Positions 37,524-47,436 are shown, numbered from the stretch's first letter. The stretch is DNA of 64,000 nucleotides from Bacteroidales bacterium (GCA_015060905.1 SUXQ01000008.1:4674-68673), one strand, 5' to 3'. A program made the numbers and translations. Notes: generated from the sequence alone by a model not told the origin.

Positions 37524-40500
37524 ATGAAAAGAAAACTGCTACTAATAATCCTGTGCGCAATAACAGGATTGACATTTGCAAGCGAAACGCCAAAATGGCT
37601 GCGCAACTGTAAAATTTCACCCGACGGCACCACCATTGCCTTCACCTACAAAGGCGACATATTCACCGTACCCGCAACAGGTGGCGAGACTCGCCAGATA
37701 ACATCGCTCGACTCATACGACACAACCCCCATATGGTCACCCGACGGCGAAAATATTGTATTTTCATCTAACCGCGAAGGAAGTTTCGACCTATACATTG
37801 TATCGAAAAAAGGAGGCACACCCAAACGCCTGACAACAAACTCGGCAGCAGAGTACCCCGAAGCGTTCCTCAACAACGACGAAATTCTATACACAGCACA
37901 AATAATGCCCGACACAAAATACGGACAATTCCCCAGCGGCAATTTCAAACAAGTGTATAAAGTATCGGTAAACGGCGGACGCCCCACCCTATTCTCGTCA
38001 GAATATATGGAAAGTATCAGCGTAGATAAGAGTGGCAAGAAACTCATCTACAATGACAAAAAAGGCTACGAGGATAAATGGCGCAAACACCACATTTCGT
38101 CAATAACCCGCGACATTTGGACAACAAACGTGGACGGTACACGCAAATTCACCAAAATAACCTCATTCAAAGGCGAGGACAGAAACCCCGTCTGGGCCGG
38201 CGACGGCGACACATTCTACTACCTGAGCGAGCAGGATGGAACATCGAACATCCACCGTTCGTCACTCTCCGAGCCGGGCAAACAGAAACAGATAACCAAA
38301 CACAGCAAACACCCCGTACGCTTCCTCTCGGCAGCAAACGACGGCACACTCTGCTACGCATACGACGGAGAAATATACACTGTAAAAGATGGCAGTTCGC
38401 CGAAAAAAGTAAGCGTTTCCCTCACAGCCGACCTGCGCCAACCAAGCGTGTCGCGTCACTACTATAATGGCGGCGCATCGGCAATGGCAGTCAGCAAAGA
38501 GACCAACGAAGTTGCATTTATTCAGCGTGGCGACGTATTTGTCACCACAATGGACCACAGCGGCACACGCCGCATCACCGACACTCCCGAACAAGAGCGC
38601 AACGTAGACATCAGCGCCGACGGACGCACAATCATCTACTCGGCCGAGCGAGGCGGTCAATGGGGCATCTACAAGAGCGAACTTGTACGCAAAGAGGACA
38701 AATACTTCACATACGCTACAGAAATTAAGGAAGAACCGCTGGTAGTAGGCGAAAAAGCATCCTTCCAGCCAACATTCTCGCCCGACGGCAAAGAGATTGC
38801 CTTCCTGCAGGACCGCACCACTCTATGCGTATACAACATAAAATCGAAGAAGGTACGCACAGTACTCGACGGAAAATACAACTACTCGTACAGCGACGGC
38901 GACCAGACATACACATGGTCGCCCGACAGCAAATGGTTCCTCGCAAAATACATCGCCACAGGAGGATGGAACAACACAGACATTGTACTTGTAAAAGCCG
39001 ACGGCAAAGGAGAAATGTACAACCTGACAGAGAGCGGCTATTGTGACGAAAATCCCCGTTGGGCACTCGACGGCAAGGCAATGATATGGAGCTCGGACAG
39101 AGCGGGTTACCGCAGTCACGGCAGTTGGGGCGCGCACCGCGACGAATATATAATGTTCTTCGACGCTGACGCATACGACAAGTTCCGCATGAACAAAGAG
39201 GAGCTTGCGCTTGCCGAGGAGATGGAAAAACTGCAGAAAGAGGCCGAGGAGAAGGCTCGCAAAGAGAAAGAGGAGAAAGAAAAGGACAAAAAGAAGAAAA
39301 AAGAGAAAGACGAAGATAAGAAAAAGGATGAAAATAAGACCGAAGAGCTTAAATTCGACCTTGAAAATAGAAAAGATCGCATCATCCGCCTCACCACACA
39401 TTCATCGTCGTTGGGCGACGCAGTGCTTACCAAAAAAGGCGACAAACTTCTTTACCTCACAAGTTTCGAGGGTGGCGTAGACCTTTGGGAGCGTAACTTC
39501 CGCGAGGGCAGCGACAAGATTGTCGTACGTGGCCTCGGATGGGGACGATTCATTACCGACAAAGATATGAAATATGCATATATTGCAACAGGAGCAATGA
39601 AACGCATCGACCTTTCCAACAACAATGTACACAATATTTCGTACAACGCAGAGTTTAACTACCGTCCGGTCGAGGAGCGCGAATATATATTCAACCACGT
39701 TTGGCAGCAGGTAAAAGATAAATTCTACGACCCCGAACTACACAATGTCGATTGGGAATTCTACAAAAAAGAGTACAAAAAATTCCTTCCCTACATAAGC
39801 AACAGCGTAGACTTTGCGGACATGCTCTCGGAGCTTCTGGGCGAGCTTAACGCCTCGCACACAGGTGCCCGAGCAGGTTTCGACAACAGATACCACACAG
39901 CTGTACTGGGAGCATTCTACGACGATGCATACGACAAGGACGGACTGAAGATAAAAGAGATTCTTAAAGGAGGTCCCCTGACACGCGCAAACACAAAAAT
40001 AAAAGCCGGAACAATCATAGAGAAAGTAAACGGCAAGGAGATTAAAAAAGGCGAGGACTACTACCCTCTTTTTGAAAATCTGGCAGGCAAAAGAGTGCTT
40101 CTCGCCCTCTACAACCCCGATACAAAAGAGCGTTACGAGGAGTGGGTAAAGCCCATCACTCAAGGAGCAGAAAACAACTTGCGTTACAAACGTTGGGTCG
40201 AGCGTCGTCGCGAAATTGTAGACTCACTCTCGGGCGGCCGCATAGGATACGTACATGTAGCAGAAATGAACAGCGAAAGTTTCCGCAACACCTACTCGGA
40301 CCTCTTGGGACGCGACCGTCACAAGGAAGCTGTACTTGTAGACACACGTCACAATGGTGGCGGCTGGCTGCACGACGACCTTGCCACGCTGCTCAGCGGA
40401 AAGGAGTACCAGCGTTTCACTCCGCGCGGAAAATACATCGGTAGCGACCCGTGGAACAGATGGAACAAGCCCTCGGCGGTACTCATTTGCGAGGATAACT

Positions 40501-40799
40501 ACTCGAATGCACACGGATTCCCCACAGTCTACAAAGCATTAGGCATCGGCAAACTGATAGGTGCGCCTGTTCCGGGAACAATGACTGCCGTATGGTGGGA
40601 GCGTCAGATTAACGGTGAAATTGTATTTGGAATTCCACAGGTAGGCGTACAGGACAGCAACGGCAAATATCTTGAGAATCAAGAATTACAACCCGATATT
40701 TTGGTGTACAATTCCCCCGAGGACAATCTCAACGGAAAAGACACCCAGCTTGAGACCGGCGTAAGACATTTGCTCGAAGTTATCGGCAAAAAGAAATAA
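37524..40799 (+). CDS. Tricorn-like S41 family peptidase (PD40/WD40-like beta-propellers, PDZ, S41 catalytic domain)
   Basis: 1091 aa ORF with a signal peptide and repeated SPDG/FSSNR PD40-like motifs. The C-terminus reads DTRHNGGGW...ICEDNYSNAHGF. A K/E-rich linker lies at 39195-39347. Confidence 0.85.
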   Translation: MKRKLLLIILCAITGLTFASETPKWLRNCKISPDGTTIAFTYKGDIFTVPATGGETRQITSLDSYDTTPIWSPDGENIVFSSNREGSFDLYIVSKKGGTPKRLTTNSAAEYPEAFLNNDEILYTAQIMPDTKYGQFPSGNFKQVYKVSVNGGRPTLFSSEYMESISVDKSGKKLIYNDKKGYEDKWRKHHISSITRDIWTTNVDGTRKFTKITSFKGEDRNPVWAGDGDTFYYLSEQDGTSNIHRSSLSEPGKQKQITKHSKHPVRFLSAANDGTLCYAYDGEIYTVKDGSSPKKVSVSLTADLRQPSVSRHYYNGGASAMAVSKETNEVAFIQRGDVFVTTMDHSGTRRITDTPEQERNVDISADGRTIIYSAERGGQWGIYKSELVRKEDKYFTYATEIKEEPLVVGEKASFQPTFSPDGKEIAFLQDRTTLCVYNIKSKKVRTVLDGKYNYSYSDGDQTYTWSPDSKWFLAKYIATGGWNNTDIVLVKADGKGEMYNLTESGYCDENPRWALDGKAMIWSSDRAGYRSHGSWGAHRDEYIMFFDADAYDKFRMNKEELALAEEMEKLQKEAEEKARKEKEEKEKDKKKKKEKDEDKKKDENKTEELKFDLENRKDRIIRLTTHSSSLGDAVLTKKGDKLLYLTSFEGGVDLWERNFREGSDKIVVRGLGWGRFITDKDMKYAYIATGAMKRIDLSNNNVHNISYNAEFNYRPVEEREYIFNHVWQQVKDKFYDPELHNVDWEFYKKEYKKFLPYISNSVDFADMLSELLGELNASHTGARAGFDNRYHTAVLGAFYDDAYDKDGLKIKEILKGGPLTRANTKIKAGTIIEKVNGKEIKKGEDYYPLFENLAGKRVLLALYNPDTKERYEEWVKPITQGAENNLRYKRWVERRREIVDSLSGGRIGYVHVAEMNSESFRNTYSDLLGRDRHKEAVLVDTRHNGGGWLHDDLATLLSGKEYQRFTPRGKYIGSDPWNRWNKPSAVLICEDNYSNAHGFPTVYKALGIGKLIGAPVPGTMTAVWWERQINGEIVFGIPQVGVQDSNGKYLENQELQPDILVYNSPEDNLNGKDTQLETGVRHLLEVIGKKK

Positions 40800-40811
40800 A
40801 AATATTTATCG

Positions 40812-40847
40812 AGAATCAGGCGGCAAAAACCGTCTGATTCTTTTTTT
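40812..40847 (+). terminator. Intrinsic terminator of the S41 peptidase gene
   Basis: agaatcaggcgg-caaaaa-ccgtctgattct (one G.U pair) followed by ttttttt. Confidence 0.8.
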
Positions 40848-41058
40848 AAAAAAGATTAAAAAGCAGTAACCACTCAAACAACAAGGCATAAAAAAACATT
40901 AAACATACGAACGACGGCAAGCGGCAACGATGGGATAATACAAAAATCGGAACATTTGCTCCGTAAAAAAGATGAGTTTGCAGAATATATCAGATGTACC
41001 TGTATTATTGGTCGCTCGGCCGTCGCTCAATTTGTTTAACCTATTAAAATTTTTAAAA

Positions 41059-41550
41059 ATGAACATGCCCATGAGACGTGGAACCGCACAGCATTGGATT
41101 CCAAGCATTTTCAACGACTTTTTCGACAACAACTGGATGGTACGCACAAACGCCACCGCCCCGGCCATCAATGTAATCGAAAATGAGAAAGAATACACCA
41201 TTGAGGTTGCCGCACCCGGAATGACAAAATCCGATTTTAAAATCCAGATGGATGCAGAGAACGACCTTACAATTACGATGGAGAAAAATTGCAACTGCTG
41301 TTGTAACAAAGAGGAAAAAAAGGAGGAACATCACGAGTCGGCAAAGCCGGCAACAAACGAAGAGCCCAAAGGCAGATATCTGCGCCGAGAGTTCTCATAT
41401 ACAAAGTTCCAACAGACACTTGTGCTTCCCGAAGATATTGAAAGTTCAAAAATCGAAGCAAAAGTCACCGATGGCGTTCTTTGCATAAAGATTCCCAAAA
41501 AGAATAAACCCGAGGAGAAGAGCATCAGCCGCAACATCCTCATCAACTGA
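41059..41550 (+). CDS. Hsp20/alpha-crystallin small heat-shock protein
   Basis: I moved the start to MNMPMRRG. Motifs are PAINVIENEKEYTIEVAAPGM, RYLRREFSYTKFQQTLVLPEDI and DGVLCIKIPK. Confidence 0.9.
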   Translation: MNMPMRRGTAQHWIPSIFNDFFDNNWMVRTNATAPAINVIENEKEYTIEVAAPGMTKSDFKIQMDAENDLTITMEKNCNCCCNKEEKKEEHHESAKPATNEEPKGRYLRREFSYTKFQQTLVLPEDIESSKIEAKVTDGVLCIKIPKKNKPEEKSISRNILIN

Positions 41551-41562
41551 TAATAACCAACA

Positions 41563-41605
41563 ATCATCAAGCGACAGAGACAGCTCTGTCGCTTGATGAT
41601 TTTAT
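41563..41605 (+). terminator. Intrinsic terminator of hsp20
   Basis: 17 bp stem atcatcaagcgacagag-acag-ctctgtcgcttgatgat followed by tttta. Confidence 0.85.
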
Positions 41606-41842
41606 ATCGCAGATAATATCTTACGCAACAATGCACACATAAATGAAGTATTTTGCTTTTTCTAAACGATTATTCTACCTTGCAACCTCACTTTCAAAAA
41701 GTTCAATATATATTTTGCTTAAAATGTCAAAATCCATCATTCAAAAGCCTATTCTCTTGTAAAAAATTGCAAAGATAATGTTATATTTTATAACAACAGG
41801 CACTTTTAATCTCTAAATCTAAAAATTATGGCAAAAAAAAGC

Positions 41843-41850
41843 TATCTTTG
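41843..41850 (+). promoter_or_regulatory. -7 box TATCTTTG for the fabD/GH13 operon
   Basis: TAnnTTTG match 105 nt upstream of the ATG at 41955. Confidence 0.4.
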
Positions 41851-41954
41851 CAAACTGAAGTTTGCGAACAAAAGCAACGCAAAAAACCTTTTCTTATTTT
41901 TCTTAACGGAGAAACAAGAAAAATATTACAGAATTATTATTATTTGACATAAAA

Positions 41955-42818
41955 ATGAAAGCATTTGTATTTCCCGGTCAAGGCTCACAGTTCACAGGAA
42001 TGGGCAAAGAGCTATACGACAGCAACGCAACAGCTAAAGAACTTTTTGAAAAAGCAAACGAAATATTAGGCTTCAGCATTACTGATATTATGTTCAACGG
42101 CACAGCCGAAGAACTCAAACAAACAAAAGTAACACAACCTGCAGTCTTTCTGCACTCGGTAATTACAGCAATAGCAATGGGCGAAGAGTTTGCACCCGAC
42201 GTTGTTGCCGGCCATTCGCTGGGAGAACTGTCTGCGCTTACCGCAGTCGGAGCACTCTCGTTCGAAGATGGATTAAAAATTGTCGCAGCACGTGCATTCG
42301 CCATGCAGAAAGCCTGCGAAAAGCAGTCGTCCACAATGGCAGCCATCATTGCCCTCGCCGATGAAAAGGTAGAAGAAATATGCGCACAAATTACCGACGG
42401 CGGCAATCTTGTGATTGCAGCAAACTACAACTGCCCCGGACAGGTAGTAATTTCGGGCACCACCGAGGGCGTAAGTCTCGCTTGCGAGGCTCTAAAGGCT
42501 GCAGGCGCGAAACGCGCACTTCCCTTAAGCGTAAGCGGAGCATTCCACTCGCCCCTTATGCAGCCTGCCAAAGAAGAGCTTGAGGCAGCTATTCAGGCAG
42601 CAACATTCAATACCCCCCGCTGCCCCGTATATCAGAATGTGGATGCACTGCCCCACACCTGCCCCGAGGAGATAAAAGCCAACCTTATAGCACAACTTAC
42701 AGCCCCCGTACGTTGGACAGCATCGGTAAAAAACATGCTCGCCGACGGCGTAACAGAATTCACCGAGTGTGGCCCCGGCAACGTGCTTCAAGGCCTTATA
42801 AAGAAAATTCAAGCATAA
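41955..42818 (+). CDS. fabD: Malonyl CoA-ACP transacylase
   Basis: 287 aa ORF with motifs FPGQGSQ and GHSLGE. Confidence 0.95.
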   Translation: MKAFVFPGQGSQFTGMGKELYDSNATAKELFEKANEILGFSITDIMFNGTAEELKQTKVTQPAVFLHSVITAIAMGEEFAPDVVAGHSLGELSALTAVGALSFEDGLKIVAARAFAMQKACEKQSSTMAAIIALADEKVEEICAQITDGGNLVIAANYNCPGQVVISGTTEGVSLACEALKAAGAKRALPLSVSGAFHSPLMQPAKEELEAAIQAATFNTPRCPVYQNVDALPHTCPEEIKANLIAQLTAPVRWTASVKNMLADGVTEFTECGPGNVLQGLIKKIQA

Positions 42819-42830
42819 AGAAAAGAGCAA

Positions 42831-44516
42831 ATGTCAAAGACAATAATATATCAGATGTTCACCCGTCTCTTCGGCAACTGCACCGAAAATTGCGTTCCCG
42901 GAGGCGACATTACCACAAACGGCTGTGGTAAATTCAACAAAATAACCCCCGAAGCCCTCGAAGCCATAAAAAAGTTAGGCGTTACACACATATGGTACAC
43001 AGGCATCATAGAGCACGCAACATGCACCGATTATAGCGCATACGGCATTACCCCCGATCACCCCGCAATGATAAAAGGAGTGGCAGGCTCGCCCTACGCC
43101 ATCAAGGACTACTATGACGTAGACCCCGACCTTGCCGAAAATATCGACAAGAGACGCGAAGAATTCCTTGCCCTCGTGCGTCGCACCCACAAAGCAGGCA
43201 TGAAAGTCATCATGGACTTTATCCCCAACCACGTGGCACGTCACTACGAGAGCGACAACCGTCCCAAACGCACATTCGACTTTGGCGCAAACGACGAGAA
43301 GGACAAATTTTTCATGGGGCACAATAATTTCTACTATCTGGGCGACCAACCCTTCGGCGACGACATTGACACATTGGGAAACGCCGATGCACCCTATACA
43401 GAAAGCCCCCTGCGAGCAACCGGAAACGACTGTTTCGGCGTTCCCCACCGCAACGATTGGTTCGACACAGTGAAACTGAACTACGGAGTGGATTACAGCA
43501 CCGGAATATGCCAATTTACCCCAATACCCGACACATGGGTAAAAATGCTGAAAATCCTGCTCTATTGGGCATCGCAAGGAGTGGACGGCTTCCGCTGCGA
43601 CATGGTGGAACTTACACCCGTAGCCTTCTGGCAATGGGCAGTGCCACAGGTAAAAGCACAATACCCGGGAATAATCTTCATAGGAGAAATTTACCAGCCC
43701 CACCTTTACCGCAGCTTCATCTATCAGGGAGGATTCGACTATCTTTACGACAAAGTAGGGCTCTACGATACTCTGCGTGCAATCAGCGAAAATAGAGGAA
43801 ACGTATACAGTATCACCCCCACACTGCAACAGACAGCAGACATCAGCAAGCACATGCTCACATTCCTCGAGAATCACGACGAGCAGCGCATCGCATCGGA
43901 CTTTTTCGTTGGCGACGGATTCAACGCAATACCCGCATTTATCGTATCGGCAACAGTGGGCGTGCAACCCTTCATGCTGTACGCCGGACAGGAGCTTGGC
44001 GAAAAGGGCATGGACAAAGAGGGTTACAGCGGCATTGACGGAAGAACAACCATATTCGACTATTGGAGCGTGGATACACTGCGTCGTTGGTGCAACAACG
44101 GGAAATACGACACTGCACGTCTGACCGAGGATGAAAAGAAACTGCAAAAGACCTACTCGCAACTGCTCAACTTGTGCAACAGCGAGGAGGCAATAAGCGA
44201 CGGAACATTCTACGACCTGCAATATGCCAATCCAAATTCGGCCGTTTACGACGGTTGCAACGTCTACTCTTATCTGCGCGCAACAGAAAAAGAACTTCTG
44301 TTGATAGCCGTAAACTTCAGCAAAGAGACACGTCTGCAGGAGATTAGAATACCCGCCGAGGCTTTCACCTTCCACAAAATAGAGCCACAGGAAAAGAGCG
44401 TAAAAGCAACAGAACTACTCTCGGGAAAAAGCATAAAATGCAAGCTGAACCCCGACACAACAATTCCGGTGGAGATACCTGCGCTTAACGGAGTAATATT
44501 AAAATTCAAACTTTAA
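42831..44516 (+). CDS. Cytoplasmic GH13 alpha-amylase-family glycosidase
   Basis: 561 aa ORF with no signal peptide. Motifs are VIMDFIPNHV, GFRCDMV and FLENHDEQR. Confidence 0.88.
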   Translation: MSKTIIYQMFTRLFGNCTENCVPGGDITTNGCGKFNKITPEALEAIKKLGVTHIWYTGIIEHATCTDYSAYGITPDHPAMIKGVAGSPYAIKDYYDVDPDLAENIDKRREEFLALVRRTHKAGMKVIMDFIPNHVARHYESDNRPKRTFDFGANDEKDKFFMGHNNFYYLGDQPFGDDIDTLGNADAPYTESPLRATGNDCFGVPHRNDWFDTVKLNYGVDYSTGICQFTPIPDTWVKMLKILLYWASQGVDGFRCDMVELTPVAFWQWAVPQVKAQYPGIIFIGEIYQPHLYRSFIYQGGFDYLYDKVGLYDTLRAISENRGNVYSITPTLQQTADISKHMLTFLENHDEQRIASDFFVGDGFNAIPAFIVSATVGVQPFMLYAGQELGEKGMDKEGYSGIDGRTTIFDYWSVDTLRRWCNNGKYDTARLTEDEKKLQKTYSQLLNLCNSEEAISDGTFYDLQYANPNSAVYDGCNVYSYLRATEKELLLIAVNFSKETRLQEIRIPAEAFTFHKIEPQEKSVKATELLSGKSIKCKLNPDTTIPVEIPALNGVILKFKL

Positions 44517-44519
44517 AAA

Positions 44520-45182
44520 ATGAAAAAGTTATTATTAATAGCAGCCACTCTGATGCTGATGCTCGGCACAGTTCAGTCACAGGACAAGTTCGACTACAAA
44601 CTTGTAAAAGAGATTGTAGACAACGAAAGACCATATTTCAACGACATTCTCAAGCTCTACCTTGCCGACGACAAACTGTTGCGCACCGACGATGTTGCAC
44701 TCGTATATTACGGACACTCCTATCTGCCCGAATATAAAGGTGGCAACGACGTAAACGAAAAAACACTAAAGACCTACGTTGCCGAGAATAATTTTGCCAA
44801 GATGTACGAAACATCAAAAAAAATACTCTCGTACAACCCCGTAAACCTGAACGCACTATTCTATGCGTGGCTCGCGTCGCAGAAACTCGCAAAACCCGAG
44901 GCCGAGACAAACTCTTACGTGCATAAATACCTGAGCATTCTGGAAATGATAACCACAATGGGCGACGGAAAAAGCAGCAGAAGCCCCTTCCGCGTAATAA
45001 ACCCCGACGACCAGGACCACGTAATGTACGGAATGTTGGATATTGAAAATGTAAACTCGCGCAACCTCGACACAAGAACACTGTGCAACATCATCAGTGT
45101 AACACCGAGCAACAAATTCCCCGCGCGAACAATGTACTTCGACGTTAGCCGTTACCTGTCGCACACTTCGAAAAAGAAATAA
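44520..45182 (+). CDS. Secreted hypothetical protein (DUF4919-like)
   Basis: 220 aa ORF with a signal peptide, starting 3 nt after the GH13 stop. The family call is from memory only. Confidence 0.55.
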   Translation: MKKLLLIAATLMLMLGTVQSQDKFDYKLVKEIVDNERPYFNDILKLYLADDKLLRTDDVALVYYGHSYLPEYKGGNDVNEKTLKTYVAENNFAKMYETSKKILSYNPVNLNALFYAWLASQKLAKPEAETNSYVHKYLSILEMITTMGDGKSSRSPFRVINPDDQDHVMYGMLDIENVNSRNLDTRTLCNIISVTPSNKFPARTMYFDVSRYLSHTSKKK

Positions 45183-45233
45183 CAAATGATGGCTGCCTAA
45201 ACTCCGAAAGGTAGCCATCTTCATAAATGTAGC

Positions 45234-45899
45234 ATGAAAAGACTGCTCCGCATAATAGCCATTATACTATTAACTGCGATACTTTTGCCCATCGGCATTG
45301 TCGCAGTCTACCGCTACATACCCGTCCCCGTCACCCCCCTGATGCTTGCAAGAAACATCAAGGAAAAGACGCCTATAAACTACCAATGGACGCCCATAGA
45401 AAAAATATCACCCCATCTGCCCCTTGCAGTCGTAGCATCCGAAGACAATCTATTCATGCAGCACAAAGGATTCGACTTTAAGCAGATTGAAATTGCCCGC
45501 CGCGAGGCAGAAGAGGGCAAGCGTCTGCGCGGAGCAAGCACCATCACCCAGCAAACAGCAAAAAACCTTTTTCTGTGGCAAGGACGTTCGTGGCTGCGCA
45601 AAGGACTCGAAGCCTATTTTACAGTACTTATGGAACTAATGTGGAGCAAGAAAAGAATAATGGAAGCCTACCTCAACTGCATAGAAATGGGCAACGGAAT
45701 TTACGGAGCGGCAGCCGTAGCAAAAATAAACTTCAACACCACCCCCGACAAGCTCACAAAAGAGCAATGCGCACTTATAGCCGCCACCCTGCCCAACCCG
45801 CGACGCTTCAACTCGGCAAAACCATCGAAATATATGTGCGAACGCCAGAAAGCCATACTTAAAAACATGAAAAATATCGGCAGCATCAAATTTCAATAA
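45234..45899 (+). CDS. mtgA: Monofunctional biosynthetic peptidoglycan transglycosylase
   Basis: Motifs ASEDNLFMQHKGFD and GASTITQQTAKNLFLW. Confidence 0.92.
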   Translation: MKRLLRIIAIILLTAILLPIGIVAVYRYIPVPVTPLMLARNIKEKTPINYQWTPIEKISPHLPLAVVASEDNLFMQHKGFDFKQIEIARREAEEGKRLRGASTITQQTAKNLFLWQGRSWLRKGLEAYFTVLMELMWSKKRIMEAYLNCIEMGNGIYGAAAVAKINFNTTPDKLTKEQCALIAATLPNPRRFNSAKPSKYMCERQKAILKNMKNIGSIKFQ

Positions 45900-45938
45900 T
45901 TTTTTGCAAAATAATATAGAAACTATCCAAAAAACACC

Positions 45939-45946
45939 TATATTTG
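45939..45946 (+). promoter_or_regulatory. -7 box TATATTTG for the nucleotidase gene
   Basis: TAnnTTTG match 56 nt upstream of the ATG at 46002. Confidence 0.45.
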
Positions 45947-46001
45947 CTTTTGCCTATAACAAACACACAGGCGACAAATAACCTAAAAAAAATGTACAAT
46001 T

Positions 46002-46448
46002 ATGAGCAAAAAAAGGATATACTTTGACATGGACGGAGTGCTTGTCGATTTTGAATCGGGCGTTGCAAAGCTCGACGAAGCGACAAAAGAGCAATATAAA
46101 GGAAAATTAGACGAAGTTCCCGGAATATTCTCGCTGATGGAGCCTATGCCCGGAGCGGCAGAAGTTGTACGCCTGCTCGCACGCAGTTACGACGTGTTTA
46201 TCCTAACAACATCGCCGTGGAACAATCCCACCGCAGCATCGGACAAAGTGCAGTGGGTAAAAAAATATCTTGACGACGTATTCCACAAACGCCTGATAAT
46301 AACTCACCGCAAAGACCTTCTCGAGGGCGACTACCTAATCGACGACCGAGACAAGAACGGAGCGGCCGAGTTTAAAGGAGAATTTATAAAATACGGGTCG
46401 CAACAATTCCCCGATTGGGAAGCAATTCTCAACCACCTGCTGATGTAA
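46002..46448 (+). CDS. HAD-superfamily 5'(3')-deoxyribonucleotidase (NT5C-like)
   Basis: 148 aa ORF with the DMDGVL HAD motif I near the N-terminus, plus YLIDDR. Confidence 0.72.
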   Translation: MSKKRIYFDMDGVLVDFESGVAKLDEATKEQYKGKLDEVPGIFSLMEPMPGAAEVVRLLARSYDVFILTTSPWNNPTAASDKVQWVKKYLDDVFHKRLIITHRKDLLEGDYLIDDRDKNGAAEFKGEFIKYGSQQFPDWEAILNHLLM

Positions 46449-46458
46449 CAACAAGCAA

Positions 46459-46498
46459 AAGGCGCAACACAATATATGTGAATGCGCCTTTAATTTTA
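46459..46498 (+). terminator. Candidate intrinsic terminator
   Basis: aaggcgca, a 16 nt loop, tgcgcctt, then taatttta. Confidence 0.55.
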
Positions 46499-46580
46499 TA
46501 CAATTTACCCCGCGGGAATAGCAAACAAAAGTTAAAAACGTCGTAAATAAAATACAATTAGTCAATTTCGCTTGCATATT

Positions 46581-46602
46581 TGTAAAGCCTGCTTTACATT
46601 TG
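46581..46602 (+). promoter_or_regulatory. Palindrome tgtaaagc-ct-gctttaca overlapping the -7 box TACATTTG
   Basis: The 8 bp-arm palindrome is at 46581-46598. The TAnnTTTG match is at 46595-46602, 84 nt upstream of the 46686 ATG. Confidence 0.45.
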
Positions 46603-46685
46603 CAGCGAAGATAGTTGCTAAATAGCGCGCAATCAATAAGCAACATCTTTTTAGAAAATTGTAAAACTTTAAAAAAAAGAATTGT

Positions 46686-47099
46686 ATGAAAAATCTATGG
46701 CTTTTACCCGCATGGTGCCGCAAAGCAGGCTGGGCACTATTTACCCCATGTGCAATTTTAGGACTCTACCTAATCTTTGTAGAATTTTACTCACCGATGG
46801 AATTTGAATTTTATCCCGCACTAAAGGCAAACATTGCAATCATTGGTACACTTATAGGTCTTTACATGGTAGCATTCTCCAAAGAAAAGGTAGAAGATGA
46901 ATTTGTAAACTCCCTTCGTGCAGACGCAATGATAAAGGCATTTATCCTCAACAGCATTATAATTGTATTAGGCTCGCTGACAGTATATGGCCTACCCTAT
47001 GTTTACATGCTTTCAATAACCCAATATTTTGTGCTGTTAGCCTACATTATAATATTTCGCTACAATATGTATAAATACTCCTGCAAAAATGAAGAATAA
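46686..47099 (+). CDS. Small integral membrane protein (about 4 TM helices)
   Basis: 137 aa ORF with hydrophobic segments. It overlaps the downstream HTH gene by 11 nt. Confidence 0.65.
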   Translation: MKNLWLLPAWCRKAGWALFTPCAILGLYLIFVEFYSPMEFEFYPALKANIAIIGTLIGLYMVAFSKEKVEDEFVNSLRADAMIKAFILNSIIIVLGSLTVYGLPYVYMLSITQYFVLLAYIIIFRYNMYKYSCKNEE

Positions 47100-47295
47100 C
47101 ATAAGAGTGGAGCGTGCCATCGTGCGCATTTCACAGCAACAGTTGGCCGAAGCTGTCGGCGTCAGCCGTCAGACTATCAATGCAATAGAAACAGGAAAAT
47201 TCGTCCCTTCGACAGTGCTTGCATTGAAAATAGCCTCGGTATTCAAAAAAAGTACAGACGACATTTTTCAATTAGAAGAGGGCGATTGGAAGTAA
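47089..47295 (+). CDS. XRE-family helix-turn-helix transcriptional regulator (short, YozG/y4mF-like)
   Basis: 68 aa ORF: ISQQQLAEAVGVSRQTINAIETGKFVPS. Confidence 0.85.
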   Translation: MKNNIRVERAIVRISQQQLAEAVGVSRQTINAIETGKFVPSTVLALKIASVFKKSTDDIFQLEEGDWK

Positions 47296-47392
47296 AAAGT
47301 AGATTTACTGATATTATGCTAAACGTTAGCAACGTTTACCAATTTTCCGTATCTCACATATATTGAGAAAAATCCCTAAAAAACTAACGTAA

Positions 47393-47436
47393 AATAATAT
47401 AGCGTGTGACTCATTGAGTCACACGCTATATTATTG
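47393..47436. terminator. Bidirectional terminator between the XRE gene and dnaK
   Basis: Perfect 20 bp stem aataatatagcgtgtgactc-attg-gagtcacacgctatattatt, with T-rich sequence following it on both strands. Confidence 0.8.

Noticed and set aside
38669-39698. Cluster of overlapping ORFs (38725-39174, 38823-39401, 39116-39445, 39205-39480, among others)
   Set aside because: They are out-of-frame or antisense readings of the tricorn-like protease gene. They are inflated by the purine-rich K/E-encoding repeat and have low-complexity translations (poly-F/L/S or poly-R/K).
41601-41954. 350 bp gene-free region upstream of fabD (possible sRNA or small ORF, e.g. a 39-codon ORF starting at 41643)
   Set aside because: I could find no convincing stem-loop architecture, terminator or conserved motif. 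The small ORF has no RBS-like context and unremarkable composition. Transcriptome data would be needed to support anything here.
42975-44375. 466 aa ORF antisense to the GH13 gene, the longest unexplained ORF in the track
   Set aside because: It lies entirely opposite a gene with clear GH13 motifs. Its translation is Cys/Val/His-rich with no recognisable family, signal or start context. Long antisense frames of this kind are expected from the codon bias of the sense gene.
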